64,000 nt of DNA from Candidatus Adlerbacteria bacterium (lineage in GTDB: Bacteria; Patescibacteriota; Minisyncoccia; Phycocordibacterales; SBAW01), in contig PLCJ01000001.1 in NCBI GenBank assembly GCA_003135635.1, positions 8,836 to 72,835 of the forward strand, written 5' to 3'. Under the pieces are notes generated by a model, which was not told the origin of the DNA, made no database searches, and saw only the letters and a program-made list of their open reading frames with translations. Shown piece by piece: positions 37,210-47,769 of this stretch (position 1 is the first letter of the stretch; each line of letters opens with the position of its first letter). The position numbers were made by a program, and so were the translations under genes.

Positions 37210-38592
37210 CTACACCTCTATAGTTACCTTCTCTCCGCGCTCTGGCGTCACTGCTTTAACACCGAGGTAATCCCTGATGCGCTGTGCTAAAAATGCCGAT
37301 GAGGCTGGTTCTCCCATAACCACAAATACTTCTTTGAGTGAGGCATTTCCTTTATTGACGAATTCAAGTAGCGCTTCACCATCCATATGGGCCGAGTAGC
37401 CGTAGATGTGTTCAATTTGGCACTTGACGGGCACACTGCGTCCCATGATCTCTACTTTCTTTGCGCCATCAATGAGCCTGCGGCCGAGACTACCGGCTGC
37501 TTGGTAGCCGACAATAAGAAGTGTTGAGGCGGGGTCGGGTAAAATATGCTCTTCGTGACTTATCACTCGGCCGCCATTGCTCATGCCGGAGCCTGCAATA
37601 ATTATTTTTGGGTTAGGTGCCTGCATAAGAGCGCGCGACTGCTCCATATCTTCAATCCACCGCAACTCAGGAAAAGTAAAAATGTTTTCACCCTTCTCAA
37701 TACGTTTTTCAATATTAGGCGCAAAGTAGGAAGGATACGAGAGATAGGCAGTGGTAATTTTTTGGGCCAAGGGTGAATCAAGGTATACCGGCATTGAGGG
37801 GATCTGTTTTTTCAGCATGAGTGTACGGATATCAAAAAGAAGATCTTGTGTGCGTTCAGTTGAAAAAGCGGGGATAAGAAGCGTGCCGCCTCGTCTTACA
37901 GTATTTTCGATAATATTTTCAAGCTCTTGGCAACTATTCCCGTCCTCGTGGCGCACACGATCACCGTACACGCTTTCCATGACGAGATACTGAACCGCGG
38001 GGAGATCTTCCACAAGAGGAAGGAGCGGCGAATTACCACTGCCGAGGTCGCCGGTAAATACGATACTTCTGCCATCACGGGTAAAGCACGCCATAGAAGA
38101 GCCGAGAATATGCCCGGAGCGAAAAAACTCAAAAGAAACACCTCCCCTGAGCGCTTGCTTAGTGTGAAGAGGTACTGTTTCCCACATCTGGAGCGCTTTA
38201 GTAATATCTTCTTTTCCGTAGAACGGTTCTTTACCCTGGCGCTTGGCGCTGTGGAAGAGAAGTTCAAGCGCATCAAAAAGAAGTGGCTCAGCAATAGCTT
38301 TAGTGGGTTCCGTTGAAAGAATCTTGCCCCGAAAACCGTCGTGCACGAGCTTTGGGATTCGGCCGATATGATCGATATGCGCGTGGGTCACGATAAGAAA
38401 AGAGATGTCTTCAGGTTTATACGGAAACGGTTCCCAATTGAGCGCTTCCGTTTCCAAGGTTCCTTGAGTAAGTCCGCAATCAATAAGAAACTTCGCCTCA
38501 CCGATATCAAATAAAAAATTGGAACCCGTGACGAGTCCCGCTCCGCCGCAAAACGTAATCGTTGAGCGCATACTATTTCCATGGTACAGCAA
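37210..38592 (-). CDS. MBL-fold beta-CASP RNA-metabolising hydrolase (RNase J / CPSF-like)
   Basis: HAHIDHIG metallo-beta-lactamase motif, beta-CASP and RMMBL-like C-terminus; alternative start 38571. Confidence 0.8.
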   Translation of the reverse strand: MLYHGNSMRSTITFCGGAGLVTGSNFLFDIGEAKFLIDCGLTQGTLETEALNWEPFPYKPEDISFLIVTHAHIDHIGRIPKLVHDGFRGKILSTEPTKAIAEPLLFDALELLFHSAKRQGKEPFYGKEDITKALQMWETVPLHTKQALRGGVSFEFFRSGHILGSSMACFTRDGRSIVFTGDLGSGNSPLLPLVEDLPAVQYLVMESVYGDRVRHEDGNSCQELENIIENTVRRGGTLLIPAFSTERTQDLLFDIRTLMLKKQIPSMPVYLDSPLAQKITTAYLSYPSYFAPNIEKRIEKGENIFTFPELRWIEDMEQSRALMQAPNPKIIIAGSGMSNGGRVISHEEHILPDPASTLLIVGYQAAGSLGRRLIDGAKKVEIMGRSVPVKCQIEHIYGYSAHMDGEALLEFVNKGNASLKEVFVVMGEPASSAFLAQRIRDYLGVKAVTPERGEKVTIEV

Positions 38593-38750
38593 ATCCCGCG
38601 TGAGCGGGATTGACTGTCAGACGACGGAAGCAAGTGTCTCTTGTAAAGCTAGGTGGGTACTTTAAGTGAAGCGCCAAGGCGCACCAACAAGATCAAGTTC
38701 CCTAAAACACTTAAGGACATTGCCTCCGCTGTCTACCGTTAATTATACAC

Positions 38751-39335
38751 CTACTCGTCAACGCCAAACCGCTTATAGCTAAACGTGGCATCTTTGCCGA
38801 ACCAGTGCGCTATTTCGTGCTGTGCTTCCTCGGGGGTTTCTGAAGCATGAAGAATATTTGCAACTGCACGTTTTTCGCTGTTTGCAATCGCGGGAGAATC
38901 AATGGAGAAATCACCCCGTATGGTACCCATATCTGCCATATACGGCATGGTTGGTCCTGCAATTTTACGCACCATATCAACCGCATGTACCCCCTCCACC
39001 ACCATGCGAACCAGAGGCGCTGAGGTCATGTAATCGATCACCCATAGGCGTACCATGGGGCCTATTTTTTTTGGATCGTTTGTGCCGAGAACTTCTATAG
39101 GGTCTATCTTGTACTTCTCGTACGTGGCAAGTGTCTTCGTGGCCAACCGCTCGATCCAGGCCGAGTCTTTGGGGTAATGATCATCAATCATCTGCCGAGT
39201 CGGTTCAAACATTTGCAGTGCCACGATTTTAAGATCGCGCTGCTCAAAACGCCGAATAACTTCTCCAATGAGTCCTTTGCGCACACCGTCTGGCTTCAGG
39301 AGCACAAAAGTTTGTTCTCTTTTTAAATCTTTCAT
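38751..39335 (-). CDS. ndk: Nucleoside diphosphate kinase (elongated, 194 aa)
   Basis: TFVLLKPDGVRKGLIGEVIRRFE, catalytic His region; ~50 aa longer than typical Ndk. Confidence 0.88.
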   Translation of the reverse strand: MKDLKREQTFVLLKPDGVRKGLIGEVIRRFEQRDLKIVALQMFEPTRQMIDDHYPKDSAWIERLATKTLATYEKYKIDPIEVLGTNDPKKIGPMVRLWVIDYMTSAPLVRMVVEGVHAVDMVRKIAGPTMPYMADMGTIRGDFSIDSPAIANSEKRAVANILHASETPEEAQHEIAHWFGKDATFSYKRFGVDE

Positions 39336-39340
39336 TGCTC

Positions 39341-39727
39341 CTAGATCATCTTTACTTCAATAGTAACTCCTGAAGGCAGTGAGAGATTGGTCAACGCTTC
39401 AATGACCTTCTGCGATGGATCAAGAATATCTATGAGACGTTTATGCACGCGCATTTCAAACTGCTCGCGGGCGTCTTTGTAAATGAACGTGGAGCGATTC
39501 ACCGTATATTTTTTAATCTCTGTCGGAAGCGGAATAGGGCCGGCGATTTTTGCGTCATAGCGAAGCGCAGTTTCTACAATCTGCTTCACAGACATATCAA
39601 GCACTTTGTGCTCATAGGCGCGCACCTTAATGCGCAGCCGTTGTGGCGGAGCGACGACGGCTACTTTGCGAGGACGCCTGGGCGTTGCCACTTTCTTTTT
39701 CTTTTCTTCTTTTGCGGCTACTGCCAT
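39341..39727 (-). CDS. rpsJ: 30S ribosomal protein S10 with Lys-rich N-terminal extension
   Basis: ...[41 protein letters not shown]; start trimmed to ATG 39727 ([12 protein letters not shown]...). Confidence 0.9.
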   Translation of the reverse strand: MAVAAKEEKKKKVATPRRPRKVAVVAPPQRLRIKVRAYEHKVLDMSVKQIVETALRYDAKIAGPIPLPTEIKKYTVNRSTFIYKDAREQFEMRVHKRLIDILDPSQKVIEALTNLSLPSGVTIEVKMI

Positions 39728-39737
39728 GACAAAACAG

Positions 39738-40937
39738 CTAGGCAGTGATCTTGGTGATAACGCCTGCGCCGACGGTCTTACCACCTTCGCGCACGGCGAA
39801 GCGCTGCTTTTCTTCAAGCGCAACCGGGGCAACGAGCTTGACCTTAAAGGTAATGGTATCCCCTGGCATGACCATCTCGGTTCCTCCGGGAAGCGTTACT
39901 TCCCCTGTTACATCCGTAGTGCGCAGATAAAACTGCGGTTTGTATCCGGTGAAAAACGGTGTGTGCCTGCCACCTTCCTCTTTGGTAAGAACATATACCT
40001 CTGATTCAAATTCGGTGTGCGGCGTCACTGAACCGGGTTTTGCAAGCACCTGGCCACGATGGATATCTTCTTTTTTAGTGCCACGAAGAAGTACGCCTGC
40101 ATTATCCCCTGCAACACCGGAGTCAAGCTGCTTGTTGAACATTTCAATACCAGTGACTGTAGTTTTTGTCGTTGGCTGAAGACCGACAATTTCTATTTCT
40201 TCACCTACTTTCACTTGCCCGCGTTCAATGCGACCAGTGACGACCGTGCCACGGCCTTCAATTGAGAAGATGTCTTCAATCGGCATGAGAAATGGCTTGT
40301 CTAACTCGCGCTGCGGAAGCGGAATATAGCTATCAAGCGTCTTTACGAGCTCAAGCACCTTCTGAGATGCTTCGCTGTTTATATCTTTTGATTCAAGTGC
40401 CTTCAGGCCCGATCCGCGAATGACTGGAGCATCTTTGCCATCAAAGCCTTGTTTGGTAAGAAGATCGCGAACTTCTTCTTCAACGAGATCAATGAGGTCT
40501 TTATCATCCACCATGTCTACTTTGTTTAAGAAAACGACCACCCGAGGCACACCGACCTGTTTTGCAAGCAGAATGTGTTCACGGGTCTGGGGCATAACAC
40601 CATCGGTTGCAGCGACAACCAAAATTGCGCCGTCCATCTGTGCGGCACCGGTAATCATGTTCTTAATGTAGTCGGCGTGGCCTGGAGCATCAATGTGTGC
40701 GTAGTGGCGCTCTGGAGTCCAGTACTCAGAGTGGTGAAGTGCAATAGTAATACCGCGCGCTTTTTCCTCAGGCGCGTTGTCGATACCCTCAACTCCCTCT
40801 ACGCGTGCGCCATAGCCCTGGTCTTTGGCCATATCAAGCGTATGGAGAATTGCCGCGGTAAGAGTAGTCTTTCCGTGGTCAACGTGGCCAATGGTGCCGA
40901 CGTTTACGTGAGGCTTGGTGCGTTCAAATGTTGCCAT
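39738..40937 (-). CDS. tuf: Elongation factor Tu
   Basis: [44 protein letters not shown]. Confidence 0.97.
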   Translation of the reverse strand: MATFERTKPHVNVGTIGHVDHGKTTLTAAILHTLDMAKDQGYGARVEGVEGIDNAPEEKARGITIALHHSEYWTPERHYAHIDAPGHADYIKNMITGAAQMDGAILVVAATDGVMPQTREHILLAKQVGVPRVVVFLNKVDMVDDKDLIDLVEEEVRDLLTKQGFDGKDAPVIRGSGLKALESKDINSEASQKVLELVKTLDSYIPLPQRELDKPFLMPIEDIFSIEGRGTVVTGRIERGQVKVGEEIEIVGLQPTTKTTVTGIEMFNKQLDSGVAGDNAGVLLRGTKKEDIHRGQVLAKPGSVTPHTEFESEVYVLTKEEGGRHTPFFTGYKPQFYLRTTDVTGEVTLPGGTEMVMPGDTITFKVKLVAPVALEEKQRFAVREGGKTVGAGVITKITA

Positions 40938-41178
40938 ATCTATAACTAATACTAAGTAATAATGTGCACAATATTGATGTTCTCAAAAGAAAAACCACGC
41001 ACGGATGCGTTGCTTCCTATAGTAGCCGAGGAGCAAGAAAGAGTCAATAACTATATAGCAATCCACTGAAGGGAGTTTGACAAAAGAGTGGGGATGGTGT
41101 ATAAGGAACATAGATGTTTGTGGGGCAAATCTGCACCGCATTCACAATCACTCCACTCCCTACCTAAGGAGGTAGAGA

Positions 41179-41724
41179 ATGAACAATCTCCAACGGCTTG
41201 TCCTGCTAATCGCAGTGGCGAGCGGTGGGCTCGTTGCCTGCACAGGAGGAGGTAGCGGAGGTGGAGGATTTAACCCTACCCCACTGCCGGTGTCTCCGAC
41301 GCCAATGATCACACCCAAGTCCTTCAATGGATTTGATCTCACGGTGTTGGGTAGTGGAAGCCTCGCCGTGGATTACATCCTCACGGGGTCCTATGCCCAG
41401 CAAGTCCCGGCAGCGGATGTCGGGAAGGGAGTCACCTGCGTTCAATCAAACGGGCAGAATTACCTCCAGGGAGCAAGTTTGCATCTTGCTGTCGGGGGAG
41501 AATTGAACGACCCCGACGCTTCGTCAACGGGCTATATCGTGGAGCTGACCGCCAGCTCCGGAGGAAACATTCCCGCAAACGTACAGGTGAAGTGTCAGAT
41601 GAAGCTCAATGACGGCACGGTGATTACCCCCTTCTCCGCGTCCTACGAGACCTGGACGACCGCAGTCCCTTCCGGCTGGACGGAGACGAACGACACTCCG
41701 AGCACGGCAACAGCCGCGCTTTAA
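41179..41724 (+). CDS. Predicted lipoprotein, unknown function; GC-rich relative to neighbours
   Basis: Signal + lipobox LLIAVASGGLVAC; strong SD AAGGAGG 7 nt upstream; codons end mostly in G/C, unlike flanking genes. Confidence 0.7.
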   Translation: MNNLQRLVLLIAVASGGLVACTGGGSGGGGFNPTPLPVSPTPMITPKSFNGFDLTVLGSGSLAVDYILTGSYAQQVPAADVGKGVTCVQSNGQNYLQGASLHLAVGGELNDPDASSTGYIVELTASSGGNIPANVQVKCQMKLNDGTVITPFSASYETWTTAVPSGWTETNDTPSTATAAL

Positions 41725-41730
41725 TTCCCA

Positions 41731-41790
41731 AAACACGAGAGCCCGTTCCGACGCACAGATTGTGCATCGGCGCGGGCTCATTTTTTATAT
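41731..41790 (+). terminator. Rho-independent terminator
   Basis: GAGCCCG...CGGGCTC stem with internal palindrome, followed by ATTTTTTAT. Confidence 0.65.
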
Positions 41791-41796
41791 AACTAA

Positions 41797-42687
41797 TCAG
41801 TGAGAAGAAAGGGTGGAGTCATTGCTCTGACTAGGAAGTGCACGAATAGCAGTGAGAAAATCGTTGAAGTGTTGCGCCAAAATTGGCTGGCCCGTTACTA
41901 AGTTCTTTGTCCAACTAAATTCAGGTAGCCCGCATTGCGTATATATTGCATTTACTGCGTCTCGTAAAGCTATGTAGTGGGCAGCTCTAATTACAGTATT
42001 GCCTGATACGAGTTCTGTGGGCTCTCCCCCATTTATTGCCAGTGGATCAGTATTCCCAAAGCTGTCTAGGTCAAGGTGTGTACCCGTTACCTGAAAATAC
42101 AGCTGTATTATCGCAGCACGGAGATCTGTAACCCCAGCTGCATATATGGGTGTGCCCAGAGATACGCTTGGGGGCAATGAGACAGAAAATAAGCTGCAAT
42201 TACTTCCTGCCACCGTATAGGTTGCTGTTGCAGTAAGTCCATAGGACTCTGCGCTTACTGTATAGGTACCCGGAGTATCTGGAGCATTAAACGTCGTACT
42301 GTAAAGAAATCCTCCTCCAGTATCTACAGTTTGATCGGAGGGATCTCCCGGGGCCGCTAGAATTAAAATACCATCAAACGCATCTCCAGTAATAGGACTG
42401 AGTGGAATTATTCCACTAATTGTAACGGTTTCCCCTGGTGCATACGCTGATTTGTCCGTACTCACAGTGGTACACTGTATATCTTTATACTCAATAATTT
42501 TCTCATCAGAGGTATAGCCCGGTAAATCAGCATTGGTATAATAGATCGTTGTGCAGGAAGAGCCAAACGTGCCATTATTTCGTGAAGCATTAACACTGTG
42601 AGAAGAAAAAGAAAATATCACACTAAAGACTGCTACAAAAAGAAGAGCGAATTTGAAAAAGGTTGAAGTTGCTGAGATTTGTTTCAT
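41797..42687 (-). CDS. Secreted protein, unknown function
   Basis: Signal peptide MKQISATSTFFKFALLFVAVFSVIFSFSSHSVNA; Thr/Gly-rich beta domain; start trimmed to ATG 42687. Confidence 0.6.
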   Translation of the reverse strand: MKQISATSTFFKFALLFVAVFSVIFSFSSHSVNASRNNGTFGSSCTTIYYTNADLPGYTSDEKIIEYKDIQCTTVSTDKSAYAPGETVTISGIIPLSPITGDAFDGILILAAPGDPSDQTVDTGGGFLYSTTFNAPDTPGTYTVSAESYGLTATATYTVAGSNCSLFSVSLPPSVSLGTPIYAAGVTDLRAAIIQLYFQVTGTHLDLDSFGNTDPLAINGGEPTELVSGNTVIRAAHYIALRDAVNAIYTQCGLPEFSWTKNLVTGQPILAQHFNDFLTAIRALPSQSNDSTLSSH

Positions 42688-42723
42688 ATAATCGCCAAGT
42701 TTAGTCATAAAAAATTTTTCTAC

Positions 42724-44028
42724 TCATAGCTCTACATGATGCATTCCATGCTTCAGTGCAAAAAATGCACCAAGAAGGATAAGAAGCACTAGAATAAACG
42801 CAAATAATTCGGTATTTGCTTTGCTCCATGGCAAAGTATTTATCGGAGGATGTGCGCTTATAACGATTAGCATTTTGTGAGCATATACATTTCCCGTTCC
42901 GTCTGTTATGGAAGCCGTAACTGTAGGGCTTATACATGTCGCTGTTATTTGCATGGGCACGACAATCTGAATGCTACTTGAGCTAGTTATTGTTTGTGAC
43001 ACGGGCGCGGCGCACGAGAATCCTTTTCCATCTACAAGAGAGAGGCCGAGATAGGCTTCTCGTGCAGTAGATCCGCTAAAAAAGTCAGGAGAGAGTGTCC
43101 AGGTGACGGTGGCAGTTGCAACATCACCTCTAGCATACATATCTTTATCAAGAACAAGATCTTCTATCGTTGCAGAAGGTCCGCTTACCTGATAAAGGAA
43201 AAAGGTAGGATTTGAAACTATGCTACCGGCACTATCAGCAAAGCTTAATTTAGCTTCATACAGCTGAGGCATTTGAGGTACGAGCAATAGGAAAGAAACC
43301 GAGTGCAGGGCGCCAGGAGAAAAAACACTTCCCTGCTGTGCAGAAGGTGCGGCTGTCACCATTTGACCGAACTGACTTTGATAAAATGTCTCAACGACAG
43401 GTGAGAGCGTTTGCACAGACGTAAAATGGCTTTGCACCTGACAGGTCGCACGAAGTATGTCCGTGGAGGATACTCCTATTCTCTGCTGAGGCAGATAATG
43501 TGTAGTACTTGTCCCTACGGTAAGAAAGCAGGTCGAAGGAAGAATTGTTGCATATCCCTGATTAGATGCTGGCACAATTATCTTCCCAGCAAAGGCAACC
43601 CCAAGTGGAAGTCCACTGCTTGTACGGGCTTCTATAACAATTTGATATGTGCCGGATAGATAGGGAGGAATCGGATATGAAATACTGCGGCCGATGGATT
43701 GATTGGCAGAGAGAGAAAGAGTTTCATTTGCAACGCTGGTATCAACAATTTGCTGCGGTGTTCCTTTTTGTGTTGATAGGACATCGATACCGTAGCGAAT
43801 ATCCGGCTGCGCAGTATCGCTATTTTGTAGCGCAAAAGTAACGGTGAGAATCCCGCCACTTAGCTGTGCATTCGCGGCATGAATCGATACCGTGGAAATG
43901 GTGGCTTGCTCTGTAGAAGTACTCACTGCGGCAAAAGCTGTCGAAGAGTAAGAAAGAGCAATTAACAAAATCGCTGCCGCGCCAAGATGCTTAAACACAA
44001 ACGTAATAAGGGGATAGGGCTTTTTCAT
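42724..44028 (-). CDS. Secreted protein with C-terminal membrane anchor, unknown function
   Basis: N-terminal signal (AAILLIALSYSSTAFA), C-terminal LFAFILVLLILLGAFFALKH helix; start trimmed to ATG 44028. Confidence 0.6.
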   Translation of the reverse strand: MKKPYPLITFVFKHLGAAAILLIALSYSSTAFAAVSTSTEQATISTVSIHAANAQLSGGILTVTFALQNSDTAQPDIRYGIDVLSTQKGTPQQIVDTSVANETLSLSANQSIGRSISYPIPPYLSGTYQIVIEARTSSGLPLGVAFAGKIIVPASNQGYATILPSTCFLTVGTSTTHYLPQQRIGVSSTDILRATCQVQSHFTSVQTLSPVVETFYQSQFGQMVTAAPSAQQGSVFSPGALHSVSFLLLVPQMPQLYEAKLSFADSAGSIVSNPTFFLYQVSGPSATIEDLVLDKDMYARGDVATATVTWTLSPDFFSGSTAREAYLGLSLVDGKGFSCAAPVSQTITSSSSIQIVVPMQITATCISPTVTASITDGTGNVYAHKMLIVISAHPPINTLPWSKANTELFAFILVLLILLGAFFALKHGMHHVEL

Positions 44029-44035
44029 TTGAATT

Positions 44036-44383
44036 CTATTGATAGACGATGCCCGCGGTTGAAGGAGAACATATAATATTTCCTTGTGCATCTGTGGCGA
44101 GATTAGTGCAGTTTTGTATTGGTATCAACTCAACACTACCTTGACGCACAATAAGAGCTTGGGCCTGTACGCCCCCTGCGTTTAGCTCTACACCACCCTG
44201 TTTTATTTGCCAGCTGGAACCAACATTTAAGGGAGCCGGGGTGTTGCCACCTGGAGCTTGGGCGGTAGGAGGATTCCACACACCGGAGTCAGCAGAGACG
44301 ATATTAGCGAAAAGCACGGCACCGCCAAGGGCAAGAAAAACAACTGCGGCCTGAGTTAGTATGGCTTTTAATTCTATTTTCAT
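44036..44383 (-). CDS. Small secreted protein (116 aa)
   Basis: Signal peptide AVVFLALGGAVLFANIVSA; Gly-rich; start trimmed to ATG 44383. Confidence 0.55.
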   Translation of the reverse strand: MKIELKAILTQAAVVFLALGGAVLFANIVSADSGVWNPPTAQAPGGNTPAPLNVGSSWQIKQGGVELNAGGVQAQALIVRQGSVELIPIQNCTNLATDAQGNIICSPSTAGIVYQ

Positions 44384-44428
44384 ACTCTGTGATTCCTTAA
44401 TTACACCTAATAATATCACTTTCCCACA

Positions 44429-45490
44429 CTATAACTCTCTATACGAAGGTATGAGGGTAATACTCACACTTGAAGTATAGGGAGCTCCGTTTGAATCCGT
44501 GCACGTTAAAGTATATATCGCCTTTTGGGTAATGGGTTTAGTGGTAAACTCCGAATTCCCCGAAAGAGTCCCTCTGTCAGCATTTGTGGCAGAGATAGAG
44601 CATGAACTTAGATTAACATTTGACAAATTGACCCCATACAGGTTGACCTTCGATTGAGCAGTAACAAGTGCGCTTTCAACACATGAGGATTGTTTCGTAC
44701 TGAGACAGCCACTAGCAGAAGGGGGTATGCATTGGCCCGTGCTTTGATTGCATCCATCATTACAAGCAGTAACCGCTACTTGATTTGGATCGGTGGTACA
44801 TTCACTGCTACCGTCTGGAGAACAGGTACACCCCGTAATGCATTCCCCCGTACCTTGATTGCAGCCCAGTGGACAATCTGTTGTTGTTGTATTTCCTTGG
44901 GTGTCTGTGGTCTGACTATTATTGCTGTCAATGCAGATATGGGTGTTGGGGGTCGCATACACTCCGCTAAATGATACCCAGCCAACGACATTTCCTCCCC
45001 ATGCAAACCCACTCAATACGCCATCCTGTGCAGTAAGGCCGTCCCCATAGCCAGTGCTGCCAAGATCGATCCATCCATCCCATCCATCAGTACGGCCAAT
45101 AGCTGAGATCGCCCGTGCCCATCCCGTAACAGTGCCATCTCTAGCAACTTTTCCCTGACAACTACTCCCTTGGGGGACAGGGCATCCTTGCACATCATTG
45201 TAGTTGAAACTCACCCAACCGATGTTGCTGCTCCAGGCATAACCGCTTAATGTTCCCGTAGGGAATCCGGAGGAAATGACGTCGTAATTACTTGTTCCGC
45301 ACACATTACTTTGTCCTGGACCGCCCTCCTCGCAGTTTAAGCTTATCCATCCGATATTACTGCTCCATGCATAACCTCCAATTGGGGTTGGGGGAACAGC
45401 GAAAGCATGCACTCGTGAAGATAGAGCGACTATAGACACAAAAACCAGAAGGAGGGACAGTAGAAACCACCACCGGCCGAAAATATTCAC
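44429..45490 (-). CDS. Secreted repeat protein: three G[YF]AW[SG][SG]N[IV][GV]W[IV]SF motifs + Cys-rich C-terminal modules
   Basis: Signal peptide; GYAWSSNIGWISLN / GYAWSSNIGWVSFN / GFAWGGNVVGWVSFS; CPLGCNQGTGECITGC and CNDGCNQSTGQCIP modules. Confidence 0.65.
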   Translation of the reverse strand: MNIFGRWWFLLSLLLVFVSIVALSSRVHAFAVPPTPIGGYAWSSNIGWISLNCEEGGPGQSNVCGTSNYDVISSGFPTGTLSGYAWSSNIGWVSFNYNDVQGCPVPQGSSCQGKVARDGTVTGWARAISAIGRTDGWDGWIDLGSTGYGDGLTAQDGVLSGFAWGGNVVGWVSFSGVYATPNTHICIDSNNSQTTDTQGNTTTTDCPLGCNQGTGECITGCTCSPDGSSECTTDPNQVAVTACNDGCNQSTGQCIPPSASGCLSTKQSSCVESALVTAQSKVNLYGVNLSNVNLSSCSISATNADRGTLSGNSEFTTKPITQKAIYTLTCTDSNGAPYTSSVSITLIPSYREL

Positions 45491-45544
45491 TCCCCAATTA
45501 TACTTGGGTAGAAGGTATGAAGGAGCGCGGTTATCAACAACGAC

Positions 45545-47689
45545 CTATTTTCTCTCAGCCACTATTGCTGCCGAAACACTGGGCGGCACCACCTCATAAT
45601 GGTCAAATTCCATAGTAAAACTTGCCCGTCCCTCAGTCATTGAGCGCAGCACGGTCGTATAGCCGAACATCTCCGCAAGAGGGACGGTTGCTCTAATAGC
45701 TCGGGCAAGCCCCCGCTCTTCGGTCCCCTCTATCTGACCGCGCCTTCCGTTGAGGTTGCCCGTAACGTCACCCATAAACTTTTCAGGCGTCACGACTTCT
45801 ACCTTCATGACAGGCTCAAGCAAGACTGGCTTAGCAGCTTTTGCCGCGTCCTGGAAGCCCATTGAAGCCGCAATTTTAAAAGCGATTTCTGAGGAATCTA
45901 CATCGTGATAGGAGCCATCGTAGAGTTCAACGGAAATATCAACGAGCTTAAAGCCCGCAACGATGCCTCGCTCCATTGCCTCGCGTACTCCTTTTTCAAC
46001 TGCAGGTATGTACTCCTGAGGAATCACTCCTCCTTTGATGTTATTGATGAATTCAAAGTGATCCTCCCGAGTAATGTTTTTGCGCACCTTTGCTCCCTCC
46101 ACAATTTTCTCAAGAGGTTTTATGCGCAGCCGTACATGACCATACTGTCCGCGGCCGCCTGTTTGTTTTATATATTTCCCTTCCGCCTCAGCCTCTTTTT
46201 GTATAGTTTCGCGATACGCCACCTGCGGCTTGCCGACATCAGCCTCAACGTTAAATTCGCGTTTCATGCGATCAACCAAAATTTCCAAGTGGAGCTCCCC
46301 CATGCCCGCAATAAGAGTCTCGAGAGTCTCCGCATCAGTTGAAACTTTAAACGTAGGATCTTCATCGGAGAGTTTCTTCAGAGCAATACCCATTTTTTCC
46401 TGGTCTGCTTTGGTCTTGGGTTCAATGCGCATAGAAATAACTGGTTCGGGAAAGTGTATTTGCTCAAGGATAATGGGATTATTCTCATCACAAAGTGTAT
46501 GGGAAGTTTTGGTGTTTTTGAGGCCCACCGCCGCAGCAATCTCTCCGGAGTACACCGTCTTTACTTCTTCGCGCTGGTCAGCTTGCAGGCGCACGATGCG
46601 TCCCACTCGCTCTTTCTCTCCCGTGGTCGAGTTATAAACATAGGAACCCGCTTCAACAATGCCCGAATACACACGGAAAAACGTGAGCTGCCCCACAAAG
46701 GGATCCGCTTGGAGTTTAAAAGCAAGCGCACAAAAGGGCTCAGAGTCAGACGCATGGCGTTCCACCTCTTTGCCATCTTTTGGATTAATGCCCTTAACTG
46801 GTGGCATATCAAGAGGAGAAGGCAAATAGTCTACAACCGCGTCAAGCACGAGCTGCACCCCTTTGTTTTTAAGCGCGGAGCCGGTGTAAACGGGAAAGAT
46901 CTTGTTATCTATGACCGCTCCCCGAAGGGTGGCATTGAGCTCTTCAAGACTCGGCTCTTTACCGTCAAGGTAGCTGGTCATGAGTGCATCATTGTGCTCG
47001 ACAATTCTTTCGACGAGCTCAGCGCGATACTTGGTGGCGTCAGGGAGATATGCCTCTGGAATAGCAAATTCGATGACCGCATCACCCATATTCCCCTCAA
47101 AGCGGTAGGCTTTCATTTTCAAAAGATCAATCACGCCTTCAAACTTCTCTTCAGCGCCAATAGGGATTTGCATGCGTACGGCGCTCTTGCTCAAGCGATC
47201 AAGAATAGAGTGAAAGGATTTCTCAAAGGATGCACCGGTGCGATCAAGTTTGTTGATGAAACACACCCGCGGCACTTTCGCTTCGTCGGCATAGCGCCAG
47301 TTGGTCTCCGACTGCGGTTCAACGCCGGCAACACCATCAAATACAACGATTGCCCCATCGAGCACTCGCATAGAGCGCTTTACTTCAGCGGTAAAATCAA
47401 TATGCCCCGGGGTATCGATAATATTGAAACGGTATTTCTTAGACGCATCTTTTTTATCCTGCTCCTCAGTCTTTGACCAAAAACAAGTAATCGCAGCGGC
47501 AGTGATAGTAATACCTCGCTCCCTCTCCTGCTCCATCCAGTCAGTGGTGGTCTCCCCTTCATGCACCTCACCGATTTTGTGCTGCGACCCTGTGTAGTAC
47601 AAAACACGCTCAGACGTGGTCGTCTTGCCCGCGTCGATGTGCGCGATGATGCCGAAATTGCGAACTTTTTGAAGTGGGTAGTCTCTCAT
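45545..47689 (-). CDS. fusA: Elongation factor G
   Basis: [33 protein letters not shown]; 714 aa. Confidence 0.97.
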   Translation of the reverse strand: MRDYPLQKVRNFGIIAHIDAGKTTTSERVLYYTGSQHKIGEVHEGETTTDWMEQERERGITITAAAITCFWSKTEEQDKKDASKKYRFNIIDTPGHIDFTAEVKRSMRVLDGAIVVFDGVAGVEPQSETNWRYADEAKVPRVCFINKLDRTGASFEKSFHSILDRLSKSAVRMQIPIGAEEKFEGVIDLLKMKAYRFEGNMGDAVIEFAIPEAYLPDATKYRAELVERIVEHNDALMTSYLDGKEPSLEELNATLRGAVIDNKIFPVYTGSALKNKGVQLVLDAVVDYLPSPLDMPPVKGINPKDGKEVERHASDSEPFCALAFKLQADPFVGQLTFFRVYSGIVEAGSYVYNSTTGEKERVGRIVRLQADQREEVKTVYSGEIAAAVGLKNTKTSHTLCDENNPIILEQIHFPEPVISMRIEPKTKADQEKMGIALKKLSDEDPTFKVSTDAETLETLIAGMGELHLEILVDRMKREFNVEADVGKPQVAYRETIQKEAEAEGKYIKQTGGRGQYGHVRLRIKPLEKIVEGAKVRKNITREDHFEFINNIKGGVIPQEYIPAVEKGVREAMERGIVAGFKLVDISVELYDGSYHDVDSSEIAFKIAASMGFQDAAKAAKPVLLEPVMKVEVVTPEKFMGDVTGNLNGRRGQIEGTEERGLARAIRATVPLAEMFGYTTVLRSMTEGRASFTMEFDHYEVVPPSVSAAIVAERK

Positions 47690-47769
47690 AAAATGTGGTC
47701 AAAAAAAACCGCCCGAGGCGTAGCTGTAGAGTACTGCAAAATCACAAAAAATGCAAAAGAAATGAGCCG

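Noticed and set aside
46454-47476. 340-aa ORF on the plus strand (and several other 60-160 aa ORFs) antisense to fusA, pilB, recG, ftsH, tuf etc.
   Set aside because: Each lies entirely inside a gene with unambiguous homology on the other strand. They have no motifs, signal peptides or SD, and such shadow ORFs are expected opposite highly constrained coding sequence.
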